64,000 nt of DNA from an uncultured delta proteobacterium. Its GTDB lineage: Bacteria; Desulfobacterota; Desulfobacteria; Desulfobacterales; B30-G6. Position numbers and translations under genes: made by a program. The notes beneath the pieces are model-generated. The model was not told the DNA's origin and did not search any database. It worked only from the letters and a program-made list of their open reading frames with translations. Location of the stretch: assembly GCA_963823335.1 (NCBI GenBank), contig CAWGLD010000009.1:1-64000 (forward strand). The letters run 5' to 3'. Of this stretch, positions 11,387-21,711 are shown piece after piece. Every line of letters starts with the position of its first letter. Position 1 is the first letter of the stretch.

Positions 11387-11776
11387 ATGGACACATCATT
11401 ATTGAGAAAAATCGATCTTAAAAGCGGCCTGGAGTTGGAGATTTATGACATCTCAAGAAAACTGGCCGGCGACAGATGGTATGTCGGATTTATAGCGCGC
11501 GTTGAAATCCCCATAGCTTTTCTTGCAGGCCATGCCGATTCACCTCAGGTTGATATAGAAAAGATGAAAGATATGCTGGGTGAAACCGTTCGGTTTGAAC
11601 AGAAGCGCGACCGGCATTATATCGACGAAAAAGAAAAAATTACCCTGTTGAACGGTCTCATAGATGATTTCCTGGCGAGCACCCTGCCGTATTTTTCTGA
11701 AAAGGACTTTGCGAAGAAATATGTCCTTAAAGAATACCAAAAAAGGCTTGTAAAAGCCTCGTGGTATAAGACGTGA
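11387..11776 (+). CDS. hypothetical protein
   Basis: 129-aa ORF with RBS; no family recognised. Confidence 0.75.
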   Translation: MDTSLLRKIDLKSGLELEIYDISRKLAGDRWYVGFIARVEIPIAFLAGHADSPQVDIEKMKDMLGETVRFEQKRDRHYIDEKEKITLLNGLIDDFLASTLPYFSEKDFAKKYVLKEYQKRLVKASWYKT

Positions 11777-12049
11777 AATGTCCGGGTCAGATTCATGGGA
11801 CAGGAACCTGTTAACTTTGCTTGAAGATATCTGTACAACTGCTTAGATAGTGGTAGTCTCCATGTATCTGCTATTCTTTATCCAAAGCACAAACCATAGC
11901 ATATTGATTCCCATGGTAACTAAGTTTCTATTAGCAATAAATTACATCTCTCGCATATTTGTTATATAGTTTGAGTTCGTTGCCAATCTATCGAGACACC
12001 GCTACTAATTCTTTTCAAATTAAGAATACCACCCTGTATTGTTAATTGT

Positions 12050-13095
12050 TACAAAATTCATTAGAAACAGGCCTCAACTGGCAACGCATTTGTACCAGGT
12101 CGAGGTTCTTTTGATCCAATCAGCATCATTGGCTTTGCGGAGTTTCTAATGTGAATAAATAAACCATAATGAAACCGTAGTGTCAGCCTTGTGTCTTCGT
12201 AGTTTCATTTACGTGGTCTTCGCCGACAATTTGTTGTTCACCTGGCTGACCGATCATATTTATGTCGCGCTCACGGGCTTCACTTATGTATCGACCTCAA
12301 AATACGGTTTCACTTCGCCTCTAACGGCACCAGGTTAAAGCCAAGATACTTGGCTCTTGATTTTAGCGCTTTTATTCGTTTTTCTTTGCTCTTTGACATA
12401 AGATACGCTTCGCCAAGATCGACAAACGATTTTCCATATTTAATGATATGATAAACTGCTTTGGTGATTCGATGGGCTATGGCGACAATGGCTCTTTTGG
12501 CCCCCCGCCTGGATTTAAGACGATGATACTTGTCTTTATAGTAGGAGCCTTTTGTCCTCACAGCAGCCCAGGCAATTTCGATCATCAGTTCCTTAAAAGG
12601 GTGTTTGCGCACCGGACTTCTTCCACTTTTTCGTTTCCCGGCACTCTCATTGTTGCCGGGACAAAGCCCTCCCCATGAAGCTAAAGCTTTCTCTGATCTA
12701 AAGGCTGTTAATGTATCACCAATATGACCGATGATCGATTGGGCTGTTTTTTTATCAATGCCGGGAACCTGATCTAGTTGGTCGATCATCTCCTGATGGG
12801 GAAGCATAATATCATCCAGGCGTCTGGTAATAGCTTCAATTTCACTCTCAAGGTGATTGATAGTCTGCATCATCATTTTCAGCTGAAAACGATGAAACCA
12901 TGTCCTTGTGGACATCTAACCCGCAACAAATAGGGTGTACAACGGAAATAATTTTGCTACTGTTTTTCTGTGTCATAGCTATCCTCCTTCATTTGATAAA
13001 TTTTCATGCTCCATTTTTTAGAGGATAGCTATGGCATTTCAATATAAATTTATGTTTCATGCTTCGTTGTGCGCGTTTGGGCATGAAAATTTATT
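12050..13095 (-). mobile_element. internally deleted IS110-family element with structured non-coding flanks (ends approximate)
   Basis: transposase remnant plus multiple hairpins on both sides. Confidence 0.65.
12310..12976 (-). pseudogene. IS110-family transposase with large internal deletion and frameshift
   Basis: GAAGGAGG RBS, then MTQKNSSKIISVVHPICCGLDVHKD (DEDD N-terminus), joined out of frame near 12901 to a C-terminal part with VPGIDK...LASWGGLCPGNNESAGK...AIVAIAH. Confidence 0.9.
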
Positions 13096-13136
13096 CATAA
13101 TGCAATCTTGTCTAAACAACAAGGAAAGGAGGCTCC

Positions 13137-14006
13137 GTGTTCGACTCACTGATCAAGCTCATTGATGTCCAATCCTTGGTTACCCGGTTTATCGCTTATC
13201 TGCCGAATGTTGTTAGCGCACTGGTGTTACTACTCATTTTCTGGGTGGCAAATAAGGCCAGTCAGAAAATGCTTTCGTCAGCCCTGATTCGTATGAAAAT
13301 CGCCCGACAGGCCCAAGGGCTAATACTACGTGCAGCTGGTGTTGCGTTGTACATTTTTGCCGTGCTCACCGTTGCTGACCAACTCAAGATTAATATCACT
13401 TCCCTACTCGCAGGTGTGGGGGTCATGGGGCTTGCCCTGTCCTTTGCCGCTCAGGATACCGTCGGCAACATTATTTCCGGTGTGGTTATTATCATTGACG
13501 GCCCCTTCAAGGAAGGTGATTGGATTTTAATTGATGGGATGCATGCCAATGTCACGGAGATTCGGTTGCGCACCACTTTACTGACGACCTTTGACAATGA
13601 AAGCGTGGTAGTACCGAACAAGCAGTTCTCTCAGGAGCGGATCGTCAATTACACAATGACACCAAATAGCCGGATAAAGGTTCCCATAGGAATCGCCTAT
13701 AAAGAAGACATGCAGCAGGCGCGCGGCATCATGCTGGAAACTATCAAGGGAGATGATCGCATCCTCTTGGACCCGGCACCCAACGTTATTGTCACCGATC
13801 TGGGGGAAAGCAGTGTCAATATGCAACTGCGGTTCTGGACGGAGGACCCCCTGCTGAAATTCAACCTCATGTGGGAATACACTGAAAAATGTAAGCAAGC
13901 GATGGATCAGGCCGGTATTGAGATCCCTTTTCCGCACATGCAGCTATTTCTGGAAAAAACAGAGGGATTGCAACTGCTGGCCGCCGGGAAAGGTACAGAA
14001 GATTAG
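13137..14006 (+). CDS. small-conductance mechanosensitive channel (MscS family)
   Basis: GLALSFAAQDTVGNIISG, PFKEGDWI, VPNK, AGIEIPFP. Confidence 0.93.
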   Translation: MFDSLIKLIDVQSLVTRFIAYLPNVVSALVLLLIFWVANKASQKMLSSALIRMKIARQAQGLILRAAGVALYIFAVLTVADQLKINITSLLAGVGVMGLALSFAAQDTVGNIISGVVIIIDGPFKEGDWILIDGMHANVTEIRLRTTLLTTFDNESVVVPNKQFSQERIVNYTMTPNSRIKVPIGIAYKEDMQQARGIMLETIKGDDRILLDPAPNVIVTDLGESSVNMQLRFWTEDPLLKFNLMWEYTEKCKQAMDQAGIEIPFPHMQLFLEKTEGLQLLAAGKGTED

Positions 14007-14050
14007 TCGACTACCCTTGATCAAATATTTGAATAGCGAATTTGCCCGCT

Positions 14051-14095
14051 AACCCTGCTGCAGGCTATGGGGAATGTGTTCGCTGTTGCGGTTCA
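14051..14095 (+). repeat. dispersed REP-like repeat family B
   Basis: AACCCTGCTGCAGGCTATGGGGAATGTGTTCGCTGTTGCGGTTCA. Confidence 0.65.
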
Positions 14096-14140
14096 ACGTC
14101 GGCCGTCGTCTGTGTTCATTAATCTTAACAACCTTCTTTC

Positions 14141-15115
14141 CTAAATCCACTTGAGTTTTCTAAACCATGCCAAAAGAAAAACTGCGAGACCGATCAACAG
14201 GACGGTTACCAAGGCAAACGCCCACTTACTTTCAGTGCCGGGTATACCGCCGACGTTAATACCGAGCAGGCCGGTCAGGAGGCCGAGCGGCAGAAAAATG
14301 GCTGCCACTATAGACAAGACGTACATGGCCTTGTTCATCTGTTCAGACAATCGATTGTTGAGTTCTTCCTGGGTAACAGCGGCCCTCTCTCGCGCCGAAT
14401 CGATGTCTTCAACGTAGCGGGCGGTTCTTTCGGCGACTTCTCTAAGATGAGCGCGATCCAAGTCCGTAAGCCACGATATCCGGTCATGAAGCAGGCGGGC
14501 CATAACATCCCGCTGGGGTGCAATATAGCGGCGGAGGCTTATACTCGTCCGTCGAAGGTCCGCCAATTGACCTCGCAGCTCATGGCTCTCAGCAGTTAAA
14601 ACTAAATTTTCAAGCTCACCCGCCTTGTCGTCGATTTCAACCACCACATCGCCCATACGGTCGGCAATCAACTCTGTGATCATCACCAGAAACTCTCCGG
14701 TTTTCATGGGGCCTTTGGCCTTGTCTATGGCTTCCTTAATATCCTGAACAACCATTATGCGTCGATATCTCATCGATATAATTCGATGTTCAGTTAATAA
14801 CATACGGATGGCAACCATGTCTTCAGGGTCCGCTCCGGGGTTGCAGTTTACCCCCCGCAGGATGAGAAGAAGACCGTCATCCGATTGAATATTGCGAGGT
14901 CTCGTTTCCTGTTCCAACAGGGACTCGCATGTCAGTGAACTCAGGCCACTTTTTTTCTCCAGCCATGCCTGTGCCTCTTGATTTTTCGAATCAAGGTGTA
15001 TCCATAAGAGACCATGATCTGAATTCCAGGATTCCATGTCATGCATGTCAACAGCCGTGCCACCACCCTTGCCGTCAAGTAAATAAGCAAATACCAGCGC
15101 ATTTCCATTGTTCAT
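14141..15115 (-). CDS. zntB: CorA-family zinc transporter ZntB-like
   Basis: AYLLDGKGG, LWIHLD, ILRGVN.NPG, GLLGINVGGIP (GIN motif); GAGGAGG RBS before ATG 15115. Confidence 0.88.
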   Translation of the reverse strand: MNNGNALVFAYLLDGKGGGTAVDMHDMESWNSDHGLLWIHLDSKNQEAQAWLEKKSGLSSLTCESLLEQETRPRNIQSDDGLLLILRGVNCNPGADPEDMVAIRMLLTEHRIISMRYRRIMVVQDIKEAIDKAKGPMKTGEFLVMITELIADRMGDVVVEIDDKAGELENLVLTAESHELRGQLADLRRTSISLRRYIAPQRDVMARLLHDRISWLTDLDRAHLREVAERTARYVEDIDSARERAAVTQEELNNRLSEQMNKAMYVLSIVAAIFLPLGLLTGLLGINVGGIPGTESKWAFALVTVLLIGLAVFLLAWFRKLKWI

Positions 15116-15168
15116 GACGCCTCCTCTGGCAATATAAGGCACACGTTCTTTTTCCGAGTCAGGCTCTT

Positions 15169-15378
15169 TTAACTCAGGTCTTTTTTTGATTTCCTGAACA
15201 TCTTGGGAAATATCCATCCGGTGAACAATCCAATTACGAATGTGACCATCAGGACAATTGCCCGGGACGCCTCTATTTTCCAAAAAAGAAAACTGGCCGT
15301 AACAACTTGGGCATTCTGAAAGACAAAAACGGCAAAAATGAACAGGACAACTATGGCGATAACAAGCGTCGCATTCAT
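15169..15378 (-). CDS. LapA/DUF1049-family small membrane protein
   Basis: FVFQNAQVV..SFLFW motif; two TMs; AAGGAG RBS. Confidence 0.82.
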   Translation of the reverse strand: MNATLVIAIVVLFIFAVFVFQNAQVVTASFLFWKIEASRAIVLMVTFVIGLFTGWIFPKMFRKSKKDLS

Positions 15379-15723
15379 TTTTGTTCTCCTTTGTGGCAAT
15401 AAAAGAATAAAATTACCTTGCCCCTATAATTATTTTTAACTAACATAAATATACAATGCGGTCAAAACGAAACGACCCAGTCATTTTGCTTATTCTACAG
15501 AGACGTATCTTATGCCCAGTGATGTCAACGGGTTGGCACTCGTCCTCAGTGGCGGTGGTGCGCGGGCCGCCCTCTTGGCGGATATTTATCCAATACAAAA
15601 GACTACAACCGTTAATGGTAAACGGGCATTCAATGGCATGATTAAAGATTTGATCAAATCCGGATATTGCGGCCAGCTAATGATAATATGATTAAACTTT
15701 CGGCCAGCAAATACTTGCCGACA

Positions 15724-15788
15724 ATGACCAAATGGTATCGGTGATTTTAACGGAGAGATTGATAACTGGACTTGTCTCCATCTATCGG
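15724..15788 (+). repeat. family A element, right (hairpin) half only
   Basis: ATGACCAAATGGTATCGG...TTGATAACTGGACTTGTCTCCATCTATCGG. Confidence 0.8.
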
Positions 15789-16015
15789 TTCGCAACACCT
15801 TTTGGTTTTCTGAATATATTGGCCATTTAAATGTCCCAAAAACTCATTTCTTGACCAATTCCCAAAGGTCATGTATGTATCTTATATTGCAACCAAATTA
15901 CACCTGATCTGAAGCAGCGTTTATACAACTGGACCTGAACTGACCTAATTCTCGACCTGTTCGTACCTTTCTATTTCGTATCATCTTCTCCAACCCCTAA
16001 CCAGAAGGTGATCTA

Positions 16016-19000
16016 ATGCCCACAGACCAAGATAAAACCATTCGCAAACTCAGAGCAATCCTCAGTGCCGATGTTAAGGGCTATTCCCTTTTAATGGCTA
16101 ACTATGAAGCCTACACAATTAAAAAGTTGGAAGCCTACCGTGATAGCATGTCAGGCTTGATACTATCTCATTCTGGCCGAGTTGTCGATGCTGTAGGTGA
16201 TAATCTATTGGCCGAGTTTTCAAGTGTTGTCGATGCCGTCCAATGTTCAGTCGAAATCCAAAGAGACCTTCAACAGAAAAACGCAAACCTCCCAACAGAC
16301 AAGCGTTTGGAGTTCCGTATCGGTGTGAATATCGGGGATGTGGTTCAGGAGGGTGACCGGATATATGGTAACGGAGTAAACGTTGCAGCTCGTATAGAGG
16401 GGTTGGCTGATCCCGGAGGGGTATGCGTTTCAAGAAATGCGTATGATCACGTTAAGAACAAACTGACCTTGGGGTACGAATACATAGGTGAGCATTCCGT
16501 AAAGAACATCAAAGATCCTGTTAGGGTATACAAGCTCTTGATGGACCCTGAAGACGCTGGGAAATTGATAGGTGATGTACCTAAAAAAGTGGCAAGGAAT
16601 TGGATTTGGGCGACTGCCATACTGGCTGCAGTTATTATCGTAGCCGTTTCGATTCAGGTTTATCGGGATTTTGCCAAACCGGAGTATGAGCCTACGAGGA
16701 TTGAGGAGATGGCATACCCATTACCTGATAAGCCATCCATTGCTGTGCTTGCCTTTGACAACATGACCGGAGACAAAACGCAGGAGTATTTTAGCGATGG
16801 TTTAAGCGAGGAGATTATTACCGCACTTGCCAGTGTCCCGGAGCTGTTTGTCATTGCCCGGAACTCCAGTTTCACATACAAGGGAAAACCTGTCAAAGTC
16901 CAGCAGATCAGTGAAGAGCTGGGTGTGCGATACGTTTTAGAAGGAAGTGTCCGCAAGTCAGGGGATAATATCCGCATCACTGTCCAGCTCATTGACGCAC
17001 TTAAAGGACATCATTTATGGGCAGAAAACTTTGATCGAAATATTGAAGATCTGTTTACTCTACAAGAAGAAATAGCGGTAAATGTCATTACCGAACTTCG
17101 AGTGAAATTAAGAGACAATGGAAAAGGTGTTCGCATAGCAGAACCATGTTCTAAAAATCTCAAAGCTTATTTAGCGTACTTGAAAGCAGTTGATAATTTA
17201 AGAAAATTTACTGTGGAAGGTAACCTTGAAGCCAGACGTTTTATTGAGAAAGCAATCGCACTGGATTCATTATATTCATGTGCATATTCATTCTTAGGAA
17301 GTACGTACAGACTGGAGGTATACTTAGGGGCTGCAGAGTCTCCCATGAAGTCTTTTGCTGCTGCCAGGAAGTGGTATGAAAAAGCAATTGATGTAAACCC
17401 CTCCAATCCAGGTGGCCAAGCTGGGCTTGCGGATATTTTGAGCGAAATGGGATTTTATGAACAGGCAATAGAGCAGGCAGAAAAAGCGCTAACGATTGAT
17501 TCTAATTTTGTGATGTCAAATCAAGCTATGGGTTTTGCCTTATACCGTTCGGGCAGATCAAAAGAAGCCATCCCTTTCTATGAGAAAGCGCTTCGGTTCG
17601 ACCCGTATTCAACCATCACCCTTAGACAGTTAGGACAGGCCTATTTTCTCAGTGGACAACATGAACAAGCGATTCAAACATGTAACATATTAATAGATCG
17701 CAGGCCTCAATATTTGCCTGGCCATCTTATTCTTGCATCCGCATACAGTGCTGCTGGCCATGCAGAGGAAGCCAAAGCTGCCGCATCAACCATCCTCAAA
17801 ATGAATCCAAAATTCACTCTGGAGGCATATTCTAAAAGGTTGCGATTTAAAAACCCGGCAGATAAAGAGCTCATTATTAGCAATTTGCACAAAGCGGGGC
17901 TGCCTGAATATCCTCCCGGCAAAGAAACACCTAAAAAACCCTCCATCGCAGTCCTCCCATTCGACAACCTATCCGATGACCCTGAGCAGGAATATTTCAT
18001 TGATGGTATTGCCGAGGATATTATCACCGCTCTTTCAAAGACCGACCAACTTGTTGTGATTGCGAGAAACTCATCATTCACATACAAGGGCAAGCCAGTC
18101 AAAATTAAGCAGGTAGCGGAGGAACTCGGTGTTCGCTATGTGTTGGAAGGAAGTGTCCGAAAAACTCAAGATCGTGTGAGGATAACTGCGCAATTGATTG
18201 ATGCCACCACAGAACACCACCTGTGGGCTGAACGCTACGACCGCGAAATGAAAGATATTTTTGCTTTGCAAGATGAGATCACTATGAAAATTGTGGGCAG
18301 TCTGCAAATAACGCTTACATCTGGTGAACAAGGCCGCATGCTTGAAAGGCAATATAAGACTTTAGAAGGTCAAATGAAATTTTCGGAGTTATTATCGGCG
18401 TGGAATGAAGGTACAAAAGAAGGCCGTATTCGGCATGGCCAGCTGTCTCAGGAACTTATCGAATTGGAGCCTGATTCTCCTGCTGGATACAGCTCCTTGG
18501 GTTGGTATTACTATAATCTTGCGAAACTTGGCATATCACCTCGGGAATCTATCGGAAAGGCTTATAAACTTGCGCAAAAGGCCATCTCCCTGGATGATTC
18601 TAATCCTTTTTCATATGCTCTATTAAACGCTGTCTATTTATTAATGAGGAAGTATGAAGAGGCGATCGCGGCAGGAGAGCGATCTATAGAACTTGATCCA
18701 AATGGAGCCTTTAGCCACTTGATTCTTGGTGAGACACTGGGATACGCAGGGATGCTGGACGAAGCCTTTTACCACATTAAAAAGGCGATTCGTCTCCAGC
18801 CCCACCCTCAATGGTGGTACTATTATCATTTAGGACGCACCTATTGGCTGAAAGGACAGTATGAAAACGCACTAAAAGAATTTAGGAAAACGCTTCATCT
18901 CGTTCCAGACGTCTGGTATATCCATGTTCATTTGGCTATTACATATGCAGCATTGGACCGGCAAGAAGAAGCTGAGGCAGCGGCTATAAAAGCTATGGAG

Positions 19001-19111
19001 ATGAATCCTAATATATCGGTGTCTCTTATTTCCAAATCATCGAGGTTTAAAAATCAAGAGCCCACTCAGTATATTATCGACGCCATGCGAAAGGCCGGGT
19101 TTCCAGAATAA
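16016..19111 (+). CDS. class III nucleotidyl cyclase + TM + two TolB-N/TPR modules
   Basis: ILSADVKGYS, GDNLLAEF, FRIGVNIGD, GVNVAARIE; two KPSIAVLxFDN modules, each followed by TPRs. Confidence 0.93.
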   Translation: MPTDQDKTIRKLRAILSADVKGYSLLMANYEAYTIKKLEAYRDSMSGLILSHSGRVVDAVGDNLLAEFSSVVDAVQCSVEIQRDLQQKNANLPTDKRLEFRIGVNIGDVVQEGDRIYGNGVNVAARIEGLADPGGVCVSRNAYDHVKNKLTLGYEYIGEHSVKNIKDPVRVYKLLMDPEDAGKLIGDVPKKVARNWIWATAILAAVIIVAVSIQVYRDFAKPEYEPTRIEEMAYPLPDKPSIAVLAFDNMTGDKTQEYFSDGLSEEIITALASVPELFVIARNSSFTYKGKPVKVQQISEELGVRYVLEGSVRKSGDNIRITVQLIDALKGHHLWAENFDRNIEDLFTLQEEIAVNVITELRVKLRDNGKGVRIAEPCSKNLKAYLAYLKAVDNLRKFTVEGNLEARRFIEKAIALDSLYSCAYSFLGSTYRLEVYLGAAESPMKSFAAARKWYEKAIDVNPSNPGGQAGLADILSEMGFYEQAIEQAEKALTIDSNFVMSNQAMGFALYRSGRSKEAIPFYEKALRFDPYSTITLRQLGQAYFLSGQHEQAIQTCNILIDRRPQYLPGHLILASAYSAAGHAEEAKAAASTILKMNPKFTLEAYSKRLRFKNPADKELIISNLHKAGLPEYPPGKETPKKPSIAVLPFDNLSDDPEQEYFIDGIAEDIITALSKTDQLVVIARNSSFTYKGKPVKIKQVAEELGVRYVLEGSVRKTQDRVRITAQLIDATTEHHLWAERYDREMKDIFALQDEITMKIVGSLQITLTSGEQGRMLERQYKTLEGQMKFSELLSAWNEGTKEGRIRHGQLSQELIELEPDSPAGYSSLGWYYYNLAKLGISPRESIGKAYKLAQKAISLDDSNPFSYALLNAVYLLMRKYEEAIAAGERSIELDPNGAFSHLILGETLGYAGMLDEAFYHIKKAIRLQPHPQWWYYYHLGRTYWLKGQYENALKEFRKTLHLVPDVWYIHVHLAITYAALDRQEEAEAAAIKAMEMNPNISVSLISKSSRFKNQEPTQYIIDAMRKAGFPE

Positions 19112-19154
19112 GCATTGTTAATTAATAATTTCATGTATCGTCTATCGCAGATAA

Positions 19155-19323
19155 CTCTTACAAAACGGTAGATATCAGGTCCCTAAAATATCACCGATGT
19201 TTAAAAATAATCACAACCAACCGAATCTTGTATTCGTAGTGGCTTCCATGGTACCGTGGGCATAACCAGATGATATCGTTAATATTGCCTGATTTTTCAA
19301 AATGTCAGGTGTCCATATATCTG
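19155..19323 (+). repeat. family A element, copy 2
   Basis: CAAAACGGTAGATATCAGGTCCCTAAAATATCACCGATGT...AATAATCACA...ATCTTGTATTC...CCATGGTACCGTGGGCATAACCAGATG. Confidence 0.85.
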
Positions 19324-19325
19324 TA

Positions 19326-19590
19326 TTGCGACACGAAGTCGCGTATTTTGACTGTTCAGCAAAAGGTGTTTAAACCTTTTGTCTGAACCCAGCGTCCCGT
19401 CGCTGCGATCCTATGGAAGCATGCGCTCAAGGTGCATTCTTGATGGGTATGAAGCCTTCCTGACAATGCGCCGAAGTTCGCCTGTGCGAACGGTGTGGAA
19501 GCCGTGAGGTGGAAACGCTCCTGGAAGCTCCGTCCGGGTGAGGGGTTAGGATAGGATACTATGGTCAACGCAAGTGAACACTCGTACCCG
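19326..19590 (+). mobile_element. probable 5' fragment (domain I) of a group II intron
   Basis: starts TTGCGACACGAAGTCGC (GUGCG-like 5' end); GGTGTGGAAGCCGTGAGG, GAAGCTCCGTC and GGTCAACGCAAGTGAAC resemble bacterial group IIB domain I as recalled; no RT ORF or domain V follows. Confidence 0.55.
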
Positions 19591-19629
19591 GTATGCCGCT
19601 GATAATTGATATTTTAACTATAAAAATAC

Positions 19630-19909
19630 AAATGCGTGCCTCGTGACCGATATTTCAATGCCCGGCATCGGCGGGCTGGGACTTCAGGCAGAAATGGTTA
19701 GGAGGGGAGGCATCCTTCCGGTTATTTTTATTACGGCTTTTGATACACCGGAAACCCGTGACCTGGCAAAAAAGGAAGGGGCGACCGGGTATTTACGAAA
19801 ACCAGTGGATGATCAGGCGCTTCTGGATCTCATCCGTTGGGTAATAACAACAACAGGATTCATGACATTTTTTTTAACGGAACGTATTTTGAATAAGTAT
19901 TTAGGATAA
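19630..19909 (+). pseudogene. 5'-truncated receiver-domain response regulator
   Basis: CLVTDISMPGIGG...PVIFITA...YLRKP; N-terminal acidic pocket absent. Confidence 0.75.
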
Positions 19910-19972
19910 AAGTCTAACCAGATTTTTTACCGTGCAATAAAAAAGCTAACCCAAAAGAAAAGGAGTATCGTC

Positions 19973-21508
19973 ATGGAAAAACGAAAATTTTTATTTCTGC
20001 TTTTGCTGTCAGCGGCAATGATCTTATTGCCCCTTAGCAATGCAGCTGCAGCGACAAAAGCCAAACCCAACATCCTCGTCATTTGGGGCGATGACATTGG
20101 TTATTCCAACCTTAGTATCAACAACCAAGGAATGATGGGCTACAAGACACCCAACATTGATCGTATTGGACATGAAGGTGCCGTATTTACAGATTGGTAC
20201 GCGCAGCAGTCCTGTACAGCAGGCAGGGCTGCTTTTATTCTTGGTCAGCATCCTTTCAGAACCGGACTCCTGACAATTGGTATGCCGGGGAGTGATCAGG
20301 GCATTAAAGATAGCCAGCCTACCATTGCCGAATTATTGCAACCGCTGGGCTATACGTCCGGTCAATTCGGGAAAAACCATCTTGGTGACCGCGATGAAAT
20401 GCTGCCAACCAATCATGGTTTTGATGAATTCTATGGAAACCTGTATCACTTAAATGCTGAAGAAGAACCGGAAACTTACTACTACCCCAAAGATGCGGAG
20501 TTCCACAAAAAATATGGTCCGCGCGGTGTTATTCACAGCTATTCCGATGGAAAAATTGAAGATACCGGTCCAATGACCCAAAAAAGAATGGAAACGGCTG
20601 ATGACGAATTCACCAATGCCGCCATCGATTTTATCGAACGCGCTCATGCTCAGGGCAAACCGTTTTTTGTCTGGCTAAGTGCAACCCGCATGCATGTCTG
20701 GACTCGCCTCAAGGCGGAAAGTGTCGGCGTGACCGGGATAGGCCTGTATCCCGATGGTATGGTGGAACATGATAAAGCAGTTGGTACAGTACTTGCAAAA
20801 TTAGACGAACTGGGAATTACCGATAACACAGTGGTTATGTACTCTACCGACAATGGCGCTGAAAAGTTTACCTGGCCTGATGGCGGAACCACGCCGTTTT
20901 ATGGTGAGAAAGGCACCACATGGGAAGGCGGTTTCCGTGTTCCCAGTGTCATTCGCTGGCCTGGTGTGATTAAACCCGGAACAATCGACAACAACATATA
21001 TTCTCACGAAGACATGATGCCGACGCTTCTTGCAGCGGCAGGTGTTCCTGATGTTAAGGAAAAACTCTTAAAGGGCTACAAAGCCGGGGGCAAAACCTTT
21101 AAGGTTCATTTAGATGGTTATAATATGATGCCCTTCTGGAAGGGTGATGTGAAAGCTGATCCCCGAAAAGAAATTTTTTATTTTGATCAGATGGGTAATT
21201 TAAACGCCATCCGTTATGATAACTGGAAACTGAACTTTGCAATTACTGAAGGGGCTATAAATACCGCTTATCGCAAAACACCGGCATGGCCTGTTCTGAT
21301 AAACTTAAGAGCTGATCCTTATGAAACAGCATGGAAAGACTCGGCAATGTATGTCCGCTGGTTTGCCGATAACATGTGGACGTTTGTTCCTGCGCAAGCG
21401 ATCACTGGTAAGTTTTTGAAAACATTTGTTGAGTTTCCGCCTGTGGAAGGTTCTGCTTTAGGTATCGATAAGGTTTTACAGCAATTGCAGGCAACACCGC
21501 AGAATTAG
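19973..21508 (+). CDS. arylsulfatase (Cys-type, signal peptide)
   Basis: KPNILVIWGDD, SCTAGRA (CxAxR), GKNHLG, STDNG, GEKGTTWEGG. Confidence 0.95.
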   Translation: MEKRKFLFLLLLSAAMILLPLSNAAAATKAKPNILVIWGDDIGYSNLSINNQGMMGYKTPNIDRIGHEGAVFTDWYAQQSCTAGRAAFILGQHPFRTGLLTIGMPGSDQGIKDSQPTIAELLQPLGYTSGQFGKNHLGDRDEMLPTNHGFDEFYGNLYHLNAEEEPETYYYPKDAEFHKKYGPRGVIHSYSDGKIEDTGPMTQKRMETADDEFTNAAIDFIERAHAQGKPFFVWLSATRMHVWTRLKAESVGVTGIGLYPDGMVEHDKAVGTVLAKLDELGITDNTVVMYSTDNGAEKFTWPDGGTTPFYGEKGTTWEGGFRVPSVIRWPGVIKPGTIDNNIYSHEDMMPTLLAAAGVPDVKEKLLKGYKAGGKTFKVHLDGYNMMPFWKGDVKADPRKEIFYFDQMGNLNAIRYDNWKLNFAITEGAINTAYRKTPAWPVLINLRADPYETAWKDSAMYVRWFADNMWTFVPAQAITGKFLKTFVEFPPVEGSALGIDKVLQQLQATPQN

Positions 21509-21711
21509 GAAAACAAAAGCGTTTTTTAATGCTGCAGAATTGATCGGTTGACAGTATCCCGGCTGCAGGTTTGAAAAAAATTATACTTCTGCAGCCGGGA
21601 TATTCATTTATTATACCCGGTTTCTCAAAGCGAGGCATCGGAAGATGTCATTTCGCAACAGACATTTTTTTCACATACCAATATAAATATCTACAAAATG
21701 GGAGCATAAAT

